A stretch of 64,000 nucleotides of DNA from Lama glama. Its lineage: Eukaryota. The translations under genes were made by a program, and so were the position numbers. Positions 25,440-38,277 of this stretch are shown piece by piece (the stretch's first letter is position 1; each line of letters begins with the position of its first letter). The stretch is taken from the NCBI GenBank assembly GCA_028534125.1, contig CM052817.1, positions 82,648,001-82,712,000 of the forward strand, in the 5' to 3' direction. The notes under the pieces were generated by a model. It made no database searches. It was not told the DNA's origin and saw only the letters and a program-made list of their open reading frames with translations.

Positions 25440-26269
25440 TCAGAATTTCTGTGAGAAAACAGTAGGTGAGACAATCTTGAAGCTCTCTTAAGGGTGGGAA
25501 TAGTTTGTGTACCCACTAACCAAAGCTGAATGACATCTTAACACATGATGTATTGTAGAGTCATGAAAAGGACATTACTTTATTAGTTAAGCCAAATTAG
25601 TCCTAGATTAACAACTAACCTGAATTGGCCTTAAGGAAGCTTTAAGACAAATCTGAAAACAACCCAATTGATTCCAACTAATTTATGTATATATCACAAC
25701 AACCTCAACCACACTTAAAAAGATACCACAAAATTCAGCAGTCAACACACTGAAAAATCACAATATCTGGCAATCAGTACAAAATTATCAGGCAAGAAGG
25801 AAGCAGGGAAATATGACCTAAAGAAACATAAAGAGCACAAGTGATGACATTAGCAGACAGGGATGTTAAACCAGCTGCTATACATACACTACACATGTTC
25901 AATGAGGGAGAGGAAAATTTGAATATGATGAGAAAAAAATGTGAAGAAGACCTTAGTAGAAATTTCAAAATATAAAACAATTTCTGGAATAGAAAGAATG
26001 AATATAATGAATAGCATGTTTGAAACTACAGAATACATTTCAGTAAAACAGAAGAGAGAAAATTAAAATAAAAACATAGTGAAAAGACCAAAAACAGTTG
26101 CAATCCCCAGACACCTGTGGGCAATACTGATTATTCTAACACTTGCGTATTTGAATCCTTAAGAAGAGAGAAAGCAGAAAATTTAAATTCGTGACCAAAA
26201 AAAACTTCAAATTAAATGAAAAATTTGACTTTACAGATTCAAGTATTTCAATAAACTCCAATAAGAAAA
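25440..26269 (+). mobile_element. Old L1 (L1MC/M4-type) 5' region and ORF1, first part
   Basis: aaaatcacaatatctggcaatcagtacaaaattatcaggca..agcagggaaatatgacc..attagcagacagggatgttaaaccagct; the ORF1 remnant stops at ..cagattcaagtatttcaataaactcca. Confidence 0.8.
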
Positions 26270-27368
26270 CAATTAACTCAAAATTAAAAATTTGAATGTA
26301 AGACCTGAAACCATGAAGAAAACATGGGTGCTCAGCTTCATGACATAAGTCTTGGCAATGATTTTTTGACTCTGATACCAAAAGCAAAAGCAACAAAGAC
26401 AAAAACAAAAACAAAACACAAAAAAAATCATACTAAAAGAATCTTCTGCACAGCAAACAATCAACTAATTTAAGGATGCTTGCTGAATGGGAAAAAAAAA
26501 CCTTTGCAAATCATATATCTGATAAGGGGCTAACATCCAAAATATATATATATGTATCTTATACAAAATAGGGGGGAAAAACTCAAACAATCCAATTAAA
26601 AAATGGCCAGAAGACCTAAATAGACTGTTTTCTGAAGAAGATATACAGATGGGCAACAGACGTATGAAAAGATGCTCAACGTCATTAATCATCATAGAAA
26701 CACAAATCAAAACAATGAGCTATATCATCTCATATCTGTTAGAATGGCTATAATAAAAAAGACAAGAAATAACAAGTGCTGGTGAGGATGTGGAGAAAAG
26801 AGAACCCTGTGCACAGCTGGTGGGAAAGTAAAGTGGTGCAGCCAATAAGGAAAACAGAATGGAGGCTTCTCAAATAGATTAAAAATAGAACTACCATATG
26901 ATTTAGCAGTTCTACGTCTAAGTATTTATCTGAAAAAACAAAAACACCAAGCAGGAAGATATATGCACCACTAAGTTCATTTTAACATTATTTACAGTAG
27001 CCAAGATATGAAAACAATCCAAGTGTCCATTGATATATGAATGAATAAAGAATTTGTGATATATATATATATATATATATACATACACACACACATACAT
27101 ACACACACAATGGAATATTATTCAGTCATTAAAAGTGAATCTTGCCATTTGCAACAACATGGATCAAACTCAAGTGTATTACACGAAGTGCAATAAGTCA
27201 GAGGGAGAAGGATAAATACTACATGGTTTCTCTTGTATGTGTAATCTAGGGGGAAAAACCAAGAACAAACAAAAAAGCTAATAGATATAAAGAACAGATT
27301 GTTGGCTGCCTGAGGTGGGGGTAAGAAATGGGAAAAACAGGTAGAGAGGGTCAAAAAGTTAAAAATGA
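26270..27368 (+). mobile_element. Younger L1 (L1MA9-like) ORF2 C-terminus and 3' UTR, inserted into the older ORF1
   Basis: aatgtaagacctgaaacc; aaaaatggccagaagacctaaatagac; aacaagtgctggtgaggatgtggagaaaagagaaccc; ccatttgcaacaacatggat; ends ggtagagagggtcaaaaagttaaaaa. Confidence 0.93.
27059..27108. repeat. (AT)n/(AC)n compound microsatellite inside L1
   Basis: Seen directly. Confidence 0.9.
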
Positions 27369-27671
27369 AGGAGAAGCAGCAGCAGCCCATGGACTGTCAG
27401 AGGGAATGTTCATATCCACATGCTAGGCCTCCTTCTCCTATCAGGAATGACAAAGTCTGGCCTCTTGGTTCTTAGAGGATAGCTGGGAATCTATTCTGAA
27501 GTAGAGGCAAGGCCAGGACAAGAGGAAGACTATCTAGAACTTATCTAGCGGACTTGGGAGTTTAGGATCAGTTAGGTTCTCTCTGAGCCAGATAAGAGGA
27601 AAAAAAAAATAGCTGCTGCAGATGAAAAGAGAGAAAGAGGAAGGAAGGAAAGAAGAGAAAGCAAGAAAGGA

Positions 27672-28370
27672 AGAAAGAAAAACTACACAAAGTTACATCA
27701 CAATCAAACTGCCGAAAATCTATGACAAAGAGAAAATCTTTAAAGCAACAAGAAAAAGTAGACCCACGATTCTTAAGAACAAATATGTTGAGGAACTGGA
27801 ACACACATACACTGCTGATGGTAATGTTAAATGTCTCCATCATTTTGAGAAATGATTAAACAATTCCTTAAAATGTTAAATGTGCAGGTACCATGTGTTA
27901 CATACACTCAACCCCCAGGCATTTACTGAAGAGAAACAAAAGTAGTATTTATACAGATTTGTACATGAAAGTTTTTAGCAAATTTATTTGCAATACTTCA
28001 CATGTGGAAACAACCCAAATATCCAATAAACTGAATAAATACAAACATTAGGGTTTATCACACAATAGAATACTGTCTGGTAATTAAAGAGAATAGACTA
28101 TGGATACATGCAATAACATAAATCCCAAAATAATTATGCTGAGTAAAACAAGTCTGACAAAAAATAATATATCAGGTGGGTGTGGGTCAAGGAGAGAAGG
28201 AAGGATTTCCAAGGGGCGTGGGAGAACTTTAGGGGATGACGCATAGTTTTGTAATAGTGTACTAGTAATTTGAGGGAAAAATTTTCATAATTTTGAAATG
28301 TCAAAGCTTATCCAACTGTACTCTTTAAATATGTGCAGTTTATTATATGTTAATTATACCCCAATAAAAT
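27672..28370 (+). mobile_element. Old L1: ORF1 continuation (27672-27775) joined to an L1MC/ME 3' end
   Basis: The ORF track gives KTTQSYITIKLPKIYDKEKIFKATR (ORF1 motif TPRHIIIKL..DKEKILKAAR), then VEELEHTYTADGNVK (ORF2 C-terminus); the 3' UTR ends ttaattataccccaataaaat. Confidence 0.85.
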
Positions 28371-29202
28371 CCCATCAAAGAGATGCCACTACACACTCAA
28401 GAAGAAAGGTCGAAATGACATATTTTGAAAATCCCAAGTGCCGCTGAGGCTCTAAGCAAATGGAACAGTCATACATTGCTAGTTGAAATGCTACATGTAC
28501 AGACACGCTGGGAAACTGGTAGTTTTTAAGAAATATCTACATACTCTCATTATAGAATCAAGCAATTTCACTCTCAAGGTTTTACACAAGAGAAATGAAA
28601 ACATGTTCTGACAGTTAATTTCATGTGTCAACTAGACCAGGTGGGCTACTTGGTCAAACATCACCCCACATGTGCCTGTGAGGGTGTTGGGGATGAGATT
28701 AACATTGGAATCAGTGGACTGAGTAGGGCAGATTTCCCTCCTTATAGTGGGTGATGATAATTCAATTAGTGGAAGTTGTGAATAGAATAAAAAGAGTAAA
28801 AGGAAAATTCTATGGCTTGAATGGTTGAGCTAGAACATAGGGTTATTGCCCCTGACTGGAACTTTCATCACCAGCTCTCCTCGTTCTCAAGCCCTCAGTC
28901 TGGGACTGGAAATTACACTACTGGCTTTCCTGGTTCTAAAACTTTCAGACTCAGACTGGAACTAGCACCACTGGCTCTCCTGGTTCTCAGGTCTTTGAAC
29001 AAAGTCTGGAAGTTACACCATTGGCTCTCCTGGGTGTCCAGCTGAATGACTTCACATCTTGGGATTTCTCAGCCTCCCGAGGCACATGATCTAATTTTTC
29101 ATAATAAATCTTTATATATACACACACATATATACCATATATATGTATATCTTCATATATATTCTATTGGATTTGTTTCTCTAGAGAACCCTGACCAATA
29201 TA

Positions 29203-29222
29203 GATTTTGACACCAAGAGTGG
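29203..29222 (+). promoter_or_regulatory. Degenerate ERV-L primer-binding site (tRNA-Leu type)
   Basis: gattttgacaccaagagtgg lies directly after the 5' LTR; ERVL consensus as recalled is gattttggtaccaggagtgg. Confidence 0.7.
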
Positions 29223-29289
29223 TTCAGAGGAATAGAATTCCAAGGATGAGTTTTCTTCAACTAGTCCTGGGGTTTCTGGAATTGCCTCT

Positions 29290-30900
29290 GTAATCTGACT
29301 AGATTTTAAGACACTAATGACTTTTTATAGTAGTAAAGAGAATACTGAAAATCCATAGTAACATAGTAACAGGCCAGCAACAGAGACACACAAAATATCA
29401 CCATCAATGCTCCTAATCGACCACTTATAAAAGGCAGGAGCTGGATGACTACATATGATACCTTCAAATATTTTTGAAGAACTAATGAATATAATGAGAT
29501 TGGCTGGTTGGTCCTACTGTCACCACAAAGTGGGGAAAGAAAAGAACTCATGGCTTCAATTTCCCAGTTCAAGTGCCACATAAATGATCTGCTAGCTTCT
29601 ATTTGTGCCCTGAAGGAGACCATCTCCTGTAGCCACAGGACTAAGATTGCTGGGAATAAAACTCAGACTCTCTTTCTGTGACTGGCTGAGTTACAATCCA
29701 AGTTGAACTCCCAATCTCACTGGGTGTCTACTGTTAATGTGAGGGCAGTGAGTGGGAAGAAATGAGATCCTGAAAGTTGGAATAGGGACACGTGGGAAAG
29801 ACCTTGATGAAACTCGGGACTGAGGCCTTAAATTCTGATGAGTCACTTTTGTCAGTGAAAGAGGCCCCCCAGCCCTAGTGGGAATGGCCTTGCTGCCCCC
29901 ATCTGAGGAGATTAACCAGCCGTCACCTGAGGAAGCTCTAATGGCCTCTCCTGAGGCAGTTGCTGAGCAAGACAAGAGTGAGTCTCCACAGGAAGCACCT
30001 GCACTACCCCTCCAGCTCTATAATTAATCTCAAGTCCCAAGAGGCCCCTAAAGAGGAGGTAAAACGTGACTCATCAGAGATGTACTACATTCCAAAAGAC
30101 CTACTTGAGTTTTCTAATTGATACAGACAAAAATCTGGGGAACATGAGTGAGAATAGACTTTAAGAGTGTGGGGTAACGGTGGAAGAAAGATGAAGTGGA
30201 ATAAGGCTGAATTTTTATCGATATGGGCACAATAAGAAGACATTTTGCATTTAATGTTGCACCTCAGGGAGGCAGAAAGGACTCCAATAGTTTGTTAGGC
30301 TGTTGGTTAGAATACTGACCAAAAAGTGGCCTACCAAAAGTGAGCAAGTTGGAAATGCCAGACTTGCCTTGGTTTAATGTAGAGGAGGGGATTCAAAGGC
30401 TCAAGGAGGCAGGAATATCACAGTGGGTTTCACATTTAAGACCTACCACCCACACTGGGAGGGTTTAGAAGATTTGCCTGCCATCAATGCTGTGAGAAAA
30501 AAATTTGTGAAGGGAGCCCCAGAATCCTTAAAGAGCTCTCTGATTACTCTTCTCTTAAGCCAGACCTTATAGTGAGCGCTCCAGTCAGTGAATCTGGAAA
30601 CCTAAATGCAATAGGAGTAACTGGATCTAGAGGTCCAAGAGGAACCAAGTGGCAGAGGCCAAGTGGCAGCTCTCAACCACTGAAGACAAGGCAGGCATGG
30701 TTTCTGTAACAGACAGCAGGGTCAAAGCATCATAGAGAATAGGCTAACCCATGCAGACCTACGGTATTGGTTGATTGTTCGCGGTGTTCCTAGAAGTGAA
30801 ACAGACAGGAAGCCTACTAAATTCTTACCTGATCTGTGTAAGCAGAAACTGTAAGTTCTAGGTCAGGAGAATAAAAATATAACCTGAATCATAACAAGCA
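29290..30900 (+). pseudogene. gag: ERV-L gag, disrupted by stops and frameshifts
   Basis: Remnants such as TNEYNEIGWLVLL (29481-29519), YRQKSGEH and LEMPDLPWFNVEEGIQRL, typical of ERV-L Gag. Confidence 0.85.
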
Positions 30901-31049
30901 AGAGTCATGGCCCTTTTATCCATTCCCAGATTTGAGCCAGTTGACCGACCCAGAATATCTTGAATGAAGAGGCTAGATTCCTTTGATAAAGGATCCTTGT
31001 ACACTGCTAAAAATGTATATGGTTAATCCTTCCTCCTGCCTTCCTTAAA

Positions 31050-32497
31050 GGAACCTACACTCTTACCAGCGTAACTGTACATTGGGAAAAAGGCAGTAAT
31101 CAGAATTTGTGGGACTACTGGACACTGGCTCTGAACTGACACTAATTCCAAGAGACCCAAAATGTCACTGTGGTCCACCAGTCAGAGTAGGGGCTTATGG
31201 AGGCCAGGTGATAAGTGACACTTTAGCTCCGGTCCACCCCATGGTGGGCCCAACCCTCATTGTGTAGTTTTCTCCCCACTTCTGGAATGCATAATTGGAA
31301 TAGATAGACTCAGCTGGCAGAATCCCTGCATAGGTTCCCTGGCCTGGCAGGTAAGAGTTATAATGTTGGGAAAGTCCAAGTAGACACGACTAGAACTGTC
31401 TCTATCTAGGGAAGTAGTAAACCAAAAGATACACCTCATTACAGGTTGGACTGCAGAGATTAATGACACCATCTAGGATTTGAAAGATACAAGAGTGATG
31501 AGTCCCACTGCATCTGCAGTCATCTCATCTATTTGTATTGTACAAAAGAGACAGATCTTGGAGCGTAATCACAGATTATCATAAGCTTAACCCACTGGGG
31601 ACTCCTATTGTAGCAGCTGTACAAGATGTGATATCATTGCTTGAGCAAATTAACAGATGCTCTGGTTGCTGATACACAGTTATTACTCAGGCCAGCAATA
31701 TTCTTTGACTCTCCTACCTCAGGGATGCATCAACTCTCTAGCAAATTATAATTTAGCTTGCAGAGATCTTGACTGCCTTTCAGTTTCACAAGATGTCACA
31801 ATGGGCATTACATTGATAGCATCATGTTGACTGAGCCTGGAGGTCAAGAAGTAGCAATAGTTCTAGACCTGCCAGTAAGACATGTGCACATCAGGGAGTG
31901 GGAAGTCAACCTGACAAAAGCTCAGGGGTCGTCTAACCTCGGTGAAACTTGCAGGGGTCCACTAGTGTGGGGCATGTTGAGATAGACTCTCTAGGGGGAA
32001 GGACAAGTTTTTGCATCTGGCCCCTCCCACAACCAAAAAAACCAACCAACCAACCAACCAACAAAAAACCACCTACTGGGTGGGCTTTTTTGGATTTTGA
32101 GGCAACATATTTCTCATTTGGGTGTGGTACTTTGGTCCATTTACTGAGTAAACCTAAAAGCTATTAGTTTTGAGTGGGACCCAGAACAGGGAAGGCTCCT
32201 ATAGGATGACCAACACAAACTTCATCCACTTCACCACCACTAAAGTCAATTAACAATGAAACCACAAAGGAAAAAACCTCTGCTCCTCTTTCTCACAGCT
32301 GCACCCACAGTGTGGAGTAATGTCATCACAGTTATCTAAAGTAGAAATGTTTGAAGGTTTTATTAATCATAGTTTAGGCCCTTAGGATTTTGGAGCAAAA
32401 CCCTGTCATACTCTGCTGATAACTATTCCCCTTTTGAGAAACAGCTCTTGCCCTCCTACTGGGCCTTAACAGAGACTGAAAAGTTAACAACAGGCTA
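31050..32497 (+). pseudogene. pol: ERV-L protease, reverse transcriptase and RNase H start, disrupted
   Basis: Protease GLLDTGSELTLIP (DTG at 31121-31129); RT DYHKLN, LPQG (31714-31725) and YIDS replacing YIDD (31809-31820); RPLGFWSK..NYSPFEKQLL near 32375-32450. Confidence 0.9.
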
Positions 32498-35412
32498 AAT
32501 TATATCAGTACCATTTGGTTTTACTTCTCTGGAAAACCCTGACCAATACACGTGTCCACAGTAAGATCAATATTCCAATATTCAAAGTAACATTATTCAA
32601 ATTAGCCAGAAATCAGAAGCAATCAACCAGTGAATTAATAAACTAATAGTGGTATATCAATATGGTGAAATACTACTTAGCAATTAAAAGAAGTGAATTG
32701 TGACTACATGCAACAATCCTGATGAATCTCAAAAGCATTTTGTTCAGAGAAAGAAGCCAGACACAAAAGGTTACATAGTATATAAAACCATTTATATGAT
32801 ATTTTGGAAAATGCAAGACTAGAGGGAGAAATCAGATCAGTGGCTGCCATGGGCTGTGATGATGGGAGTGGATTTACTATGGCAGGGGGTGGGTACAGCA
32901 GAACTGTTCTGGAGTGATAAAAATGTTCTATATCCTGACTGTGGAGGTGGTTACAAAGCTGTACACCTTCGCCAAAACTCTGAATCATACACTTAAAATG
33001 GTAAATTTTATTACATGTAAATTGTATCTTAATTAAGATGAGTTAAAAAACAAAAAGAAATTGAACTTTAGTCTGAAAATTTCACATAGAAAAGAACAAG
33101 CAAAGACTCCAATGTAAACCAGCCCATTAAAAAGATTTTTTAAAAAATTAAATTGTTAGGGATTTTTAACAATATCCTCTATAGATTTCAGTAATAGTAA
33201 CTCACCAAAAACTCTTTTGCATTTATCTGTAGCTGCATTTTCATCATTTTTAAGGATTGTATTTGAAAGTGAAAACAGATGTCTTTTTTGAGTAAATTAC
33301 CAAAAGTGACTTTAAAAATTTGAGTGAGAGATGATCATTGTATGAAGTGAAACTGATTCAGTCTGGTGCTCACTCAGCAGGTAATGTTAGCTCTTACTCC
33401 AACTTCCTAACAAAAGTCAAATTTTGCAGTATGGGCGGAGTCAGTCTAGAGGAAAAAAAAAAGATTATTTGGTATGTACTTTGGCAAGATGTAGGCAGCA
33501 TTCTAAAATAACACTATCTATAAAAATAGTTGGCAGTATTTATAAGAAAAATGTCTGCCATTTTGAATTATGCTACACATTTCTTTTAAAAATGCCTGTA
33601 ACAGAATGTAATACAGTTCGTCTGTATTACAGAATTGCCCAACAGATGCTTTTTATTTATATTTTGTTAAAGTACAATATTTCATTCATTCTTAATTAAA
33701 TGTTTATATGGCTCAAATTTAGGTTAACTTGAAATTATGTGTTTTATTTGAATTCTGAGAGCAGGCAATGCCCTGGCTCATCATGGCATAATGTAGAAGG
33801 CAAATTATTTCAAAATATTTTCTACTGAAATGAACCTTTGTATTCTGCACAAAGCATTTTATTAGCCCTTACTAATACTATGCTCAGCAATTAAATTCTC
33901 TACATTTGTGGGCACTATAAAAACTATAATGACTATTTTAAACCTGTCTTCAACAAAAAGTTACTTTTTTATGGAATTTTGAACACTTAAACAATGAAAG
34001 TTCTGGAAGATTAGAACAAATTTCCATACCATGAGGTAGATTCATTATGAATTTTCAAAACTTTAAACTCAAGAGGGAGTAATTGGGAGAAATTTACAAA
34101 TACTAATTTTTGAAGTTTCATGGCAATATAATTATACAGTGCCCTTAGAAATAGCATTTCTTGAGAATGTAAGATGAATTTGGGAGGAGGGGGAAATAAA
34201 AACAAATAGTGGAAGCAGCTATGAAGGCCCCTGTAGTACATCTAAGAAGGAGATTTAGTTTCTTAAGTGGACCCTCAGAGTTTGCCCAGACATGCACATA
34301 GTACTTTCATTCTAGTAACTTTTCTTGGAAGATATTTTTGGAGACATTGATGAGCCACTATATATGCTCTGGTGTTTCAAGGGTTGGGGAAAGAAATATA
34401 CAGTGAGAATTTCAATCATCTTCTTGTTAGAACTGGAAATGGGTTTTCTTTTCTGAATCAAGAATAAGCAAATCATGGAGAAACATAATACAAGGATGAC
34501 AAAGGTTAGTGCCACAAAGGGCATGATTATGTATGGATGCTCAATCCCACAGCTCAGAAAAGCAAGGCTTTAGCATATATATCACCCTATTAGGAAAATA
34601 ATCTTTTTTTTATCATGTATTTGCTTCTATGTGATAAGATCTATCAGTGCAGTCTTTACTGAATTTAACTATAATTACCTGAAACAAATGATATTTAGAG
34701 AATAGGTATGTCCTGATCCTGATGTCCTGATGGATGGATGGACATGCTTATGACTGTTTAGAAACAGGGAAACCAATCTGCTCCCTCTGACTCTCTTCCT
34801 CTCTCATGCGTGTGTGTGTGTGTGTTCTGTAGAAACATGCAATCTAATAAATACCATGTAAAGGGGGAGTTTTAACAAAAGAAGGAAGGTCTCCACTTTA
34901 AAGGAGTTTATTAAAGGGCAAAACTCTCAAAGATCTGTGCGGAAAGAGTAAGTTGCACCTGCTGCTGAAATGGTGAAGCAAAATACAGCTCACAAAATCA
35001 GACGGACTTTATTCTGAAGTCAATCCAGGTGATAAACTTCTGTAAACAACATTTGTAGAACTAACAACAAAAAAGAACTAACAACAAGCAGAAACAATGA
35101 AAGTAGAATGCATTACTCCCTTGCTGGTCAGAAGGTATCAAAATGAATTCATATTTCATTTGGCTCTGACTCTCATACAGTGAATCTTCTAGAGAGCCTT
35201 TGTAATAAATTTTGAGTCTATCTTTAAAAAGCAAACTAAAAATAAACCAGTAAACAAAATGCTATGTCAGTTATTGTTGTTAGCTGTTAAAAATAGAAGC
35301 GTATAAAACTTATTTCCAACAAAACTGCTTCTTAAATTGATGCTTTGGTTGAAAATTTTTCAGAGCAAAAAGGACCAGGTGCTTATATGATAATGTTTCT
35401 ACTTATTATGAA

Positions 35413-35436
35413 CACACACACACACACACACACACA
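35413..35436. repeat. (AC)12 microsatellite
   Basis: Seen directly. Confidence 0.9.
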
Positions 35437-36255
35437 AGTGAGAGAGAGGGAAAGACCCATTCAGCAGTGGTTTAGAGAAAGAGGTTGACTGGAGAGAAAC
35501 TAGATCAAGAAATCTTAAACTTTTGTTAATAACTCCAGATACTTTTCCAAGTGTAATTTAACCATTTTTGCCCAAGATGATGACAGAATATAATATTCCC
35601 TGAGCCATTCTTTTCATTTCTTTTAATATTGATCATTCTGTAGTATTCTAGGTGTAGTTGTTCAGCTATTTATAAATACCAAAAACTATTTTCCTAATTA
35701 ATTATTTTTCCCTAAAATATTTTTTTGTTTAAAAATGTGATTTATTGTTGCTAGTTTTTTTTGTTTTTTTCCTTCTCTGGGCTTCTGCAAAGAAGAAGGA
35801 AATTAGAATAATTCAAATATCCTCTAACTAGAGATTAGAAAAGTCTTTCTTCAAGATTGCAAGCTTTTTCTTTATGGGCTTTTTTCAATGTCAGAATTTT
35901 CCGATTTATTTTTCTTAATGTGACACTAATTAAAAAATCCATCCCAACTTAAAAAAATCGATAATATGCAATTTAGAATTATTGTAAATTAGCTATTAAA
36001 AGTATTTGAACTTCCCATGTATTTTATCACTGAAAGAAAAACAGAACACATATACAAAAAAAAAAAAAAGCCTGAAAAAAAATGTAGAACAACAGAACAG
36101 GTCCTGGGATTACTAGAAGGTAACATTTGAGGAAATAATGATTTCCAGACAGAAGAGTAGCCTATAGCCATTTGAGAAAGAGAAAGGAAAGAAAAAGTAT
36201 TTGTAGCATCTGGCTGTATGCACAAAAATATCAAGAATTGTGTCATGTTAGATGC

Positions 36256-36785
36256 TGTTCTTGTTAGCTATGGTTATATAACAAACAAATGACTCCAAAA
36301 TTTAGAGACTTGAAACAATGAAAATGATCTGATTTTCACTGATGGTTTCTGCATGAAGGGCTTGGCTGGGGTCTCTGGCTCAGGGTCTCTCACATGGTAG
36401 CTGTCAGATAGTGGAGGGGGATGCGGAGTGGGATGCGGAGGAACTGGAGCCTGTGCGGCCCTCTCTCCCCTCTGTCCTCTGAGAGCTTCTTCATGTGGTC
36501 TCTCTGTGGGGGCTTATTTGGACTTTTTCACATTGTAGCCTACTGGGTCATCAGGGTCGCATGGCAACTTAAGGCTTCAGTGCAAGAGTGCTGGTGAACA
36601 ATGTGGCAGCTGGGTGCCTTTTATGATCTGCCCAAGAAATCACTTAGCATCACTCCCACTGTACTCCCATAGGGGAATTAGTCACAAAACCCTGCGTAGT
36701 TCTGAATGTCACCCTCACAGTGTAAGAAGAGCAGGTAAGATGGCGGATTTCACTCAGGTTATCTTGGGAAAATACAACTCTACGA
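36256..36785 (-). mobile_element. MaLR solo LTR (MLT1F/G/H-type)
   Basis: tgttcttgttagctatggttatataacaaac..ccaaaatttagagacttgaaacaa; gggcttggctggggtctctggctcagggtctctcacatggtagc; ends atcttgggaaaatacaactctac. Confidence 0.85.
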
Positions 36786-38041
36786 AGAATGTATTAATTT
36801 TATGTTTTATTAAAACTGATGCCAATTTATAATATATTTTATTCAGCTCTAAAAATAATCCAAGAAGAAAAGAAAAACTAATTTAAGCAGAAGAAAAAAT
36901 GTCATAGAACCATCAACTTGTCATAATGGACTTCATATTTTTAAAAATCAAGAATACAAAGAAACTCTCTAGGCAGCACACTAGGTCAGCGTACTCTGAC
37001 CAGAGCTTCATGATTTCATTTGATGTTCTTCCTTCAACAGTTATCTGACTGTTAGTTGTTGAAGAAACTGTACTTTACAGCTGCAGGACAACTTTTTGCA
37101 CACACATTCATTCAGTCATCTCTACTTCCTTCTAAGATAAGTAACACTTTCAGTGTTTATGAAATAAGAAAAAGGGTCTGGCAATTTCCCTTTCCAGTAA
37201 AGATACAGAATGCCTCAGGCTACAGCTTGTGGTAGACAACAATATCTCTATAAACTTTTATATTTCTTTCCTTTTCACTGTATTTATTTTTAGCTGTATT
37301 ATTGGGTGATGATATTAGTCTTCTGTTTGCTAATAAAACGTACATTAAAATCTTCAGGCATCAAACAACTGAACTTAAAGGAAGTTAAGGAAGATAATAA
37401 GTAAATGACAGCTAACGTGGTAGGTAAGTGCATGAAACGTGGAGGTGGAGCAGCCGCCTGGCTGAAGTTCAGGACACCCTGCTGCCTGACACACAGGGTG
37501 AAGGGGGAGACGACTATTAGAAAGGAGTCTTATAATAAAGCATTTCCAAACATGCACAGTTTTTTGTTAAATAACATTTTACAGTTTTACTTAAACCTCA
37601 GTCCTAGATTCTGTAAACTTCTGGTAAGTGTTGGCCATTGTCTTCCCTCCTTAGCAATGGCAAATGCAACATCTGCCTGCAGCCAGGAGACAGATGGACA
37701 TGAGTGAAATCTTTTTAGACCTGTGTAATCACAGTGAATGGCGGTGTCCAGCAGGAATGCCAGGAAACAGAGAAAGTCAAGTACCATGCTTGCACTTCTC
37801 TCATTTGGCAAGCTCCTGAAAGTCAGAGACCATCACCAATTTGGCAGTCATGGAATTGAGATTAAAAAACAGGGGGTGGGGGGGACGGGAGAAAAATGAA
37901 AATAAAAGAAAAATGTAGACTGTTCCTAGAATTGATTCCTATTCTATAAAACAACATTAATAATAATATTAATGATACAGTAAAAAAGACAAATAAACAA
38001 GTAATTCCTATCACCTTCTTGCCAAGGAGGCAGTTGGTTTT

Positions 38042-38277
38042 AGGGAAGGGATAAATTTGGGAGTTTGAGATTTGCAAATGTTAACCACTATATATAAAAA
38101 TAGATTAACAAATTTCTCCTGTATAGCACAGGGAACTATATTTAGTATCTTGTAATAACCTTTAATGAAAAAGAATATGAAAACAAATACATGTTTATAT
38201 ATGCATGACTGGGACATTAGGCTGTACACCAGAAACTGACACACTGCAACTGACTATACTTCAATTAAAAAAAAAAA
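38042..38277 (+). mobile_element. Young camelid-type L1 3' UTR, 5'-truncated
   Basis: gggaagggataaatttgggagtttgagattt..ctgtatagcacagggaactatat..gactgggacatt..tgactatacttcaatt-A11; imperfect target-site duplication agttggttt (38032) / agttggctt (38279). Confidence 0.92.

Larger units (their letters stand above)
28607..32550 (+). mobile_element. Defective ERV-L provirus (MLT2 5' LTR, gag-pro-RT, deletion, terminal ~50 bp of the 3' LTR)
   Basis: 5' LTR 28607-29202 (tctgacagttaatttcatgtgtcaact..ctagagaaccctgaccaatata); ERVL internal sequence; 3' LTR remnant ..ttctctggaaaaccctgaccaataca; flanking 5-bp duplication CATGT (28602-28606) / CGTGT (32551-32555). Confidence 0.95.
28374..33060 (+). mobile_element. 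Old L1 (L1MB/MC-type) 3' end split by the ERV-L provirus (pieces 28374-28606 and 32551-33060)
   Basis: ..acacaagagaaatgaaaacatgt | provirus | cgtgtccacagtaaga.. rejoins as the L1 motif agagaaatgaaaacatatgtccacacaaa; ends aattgtatcttaattaagatgagttaaaaaa. Confidence 0.88.

Noticed and set aside
28850..29042. Four ~49-bp tandem units (ctggaa..cacca(c/t)tggctctcctggttctc) resembling a repeat array
   Set aside because: The units are contiguous and degenerate with no unique spacers; this is the internal tandem structure of MLT2 LTRs, not CRISPR.
29290..32497. Domesticated ERV-L gag/pol (Fv1-like) gene
   Set aside because: Numerous stops, frameshifts and deletions; catalytic YIDD is mutated and there is no long + strand ORF.
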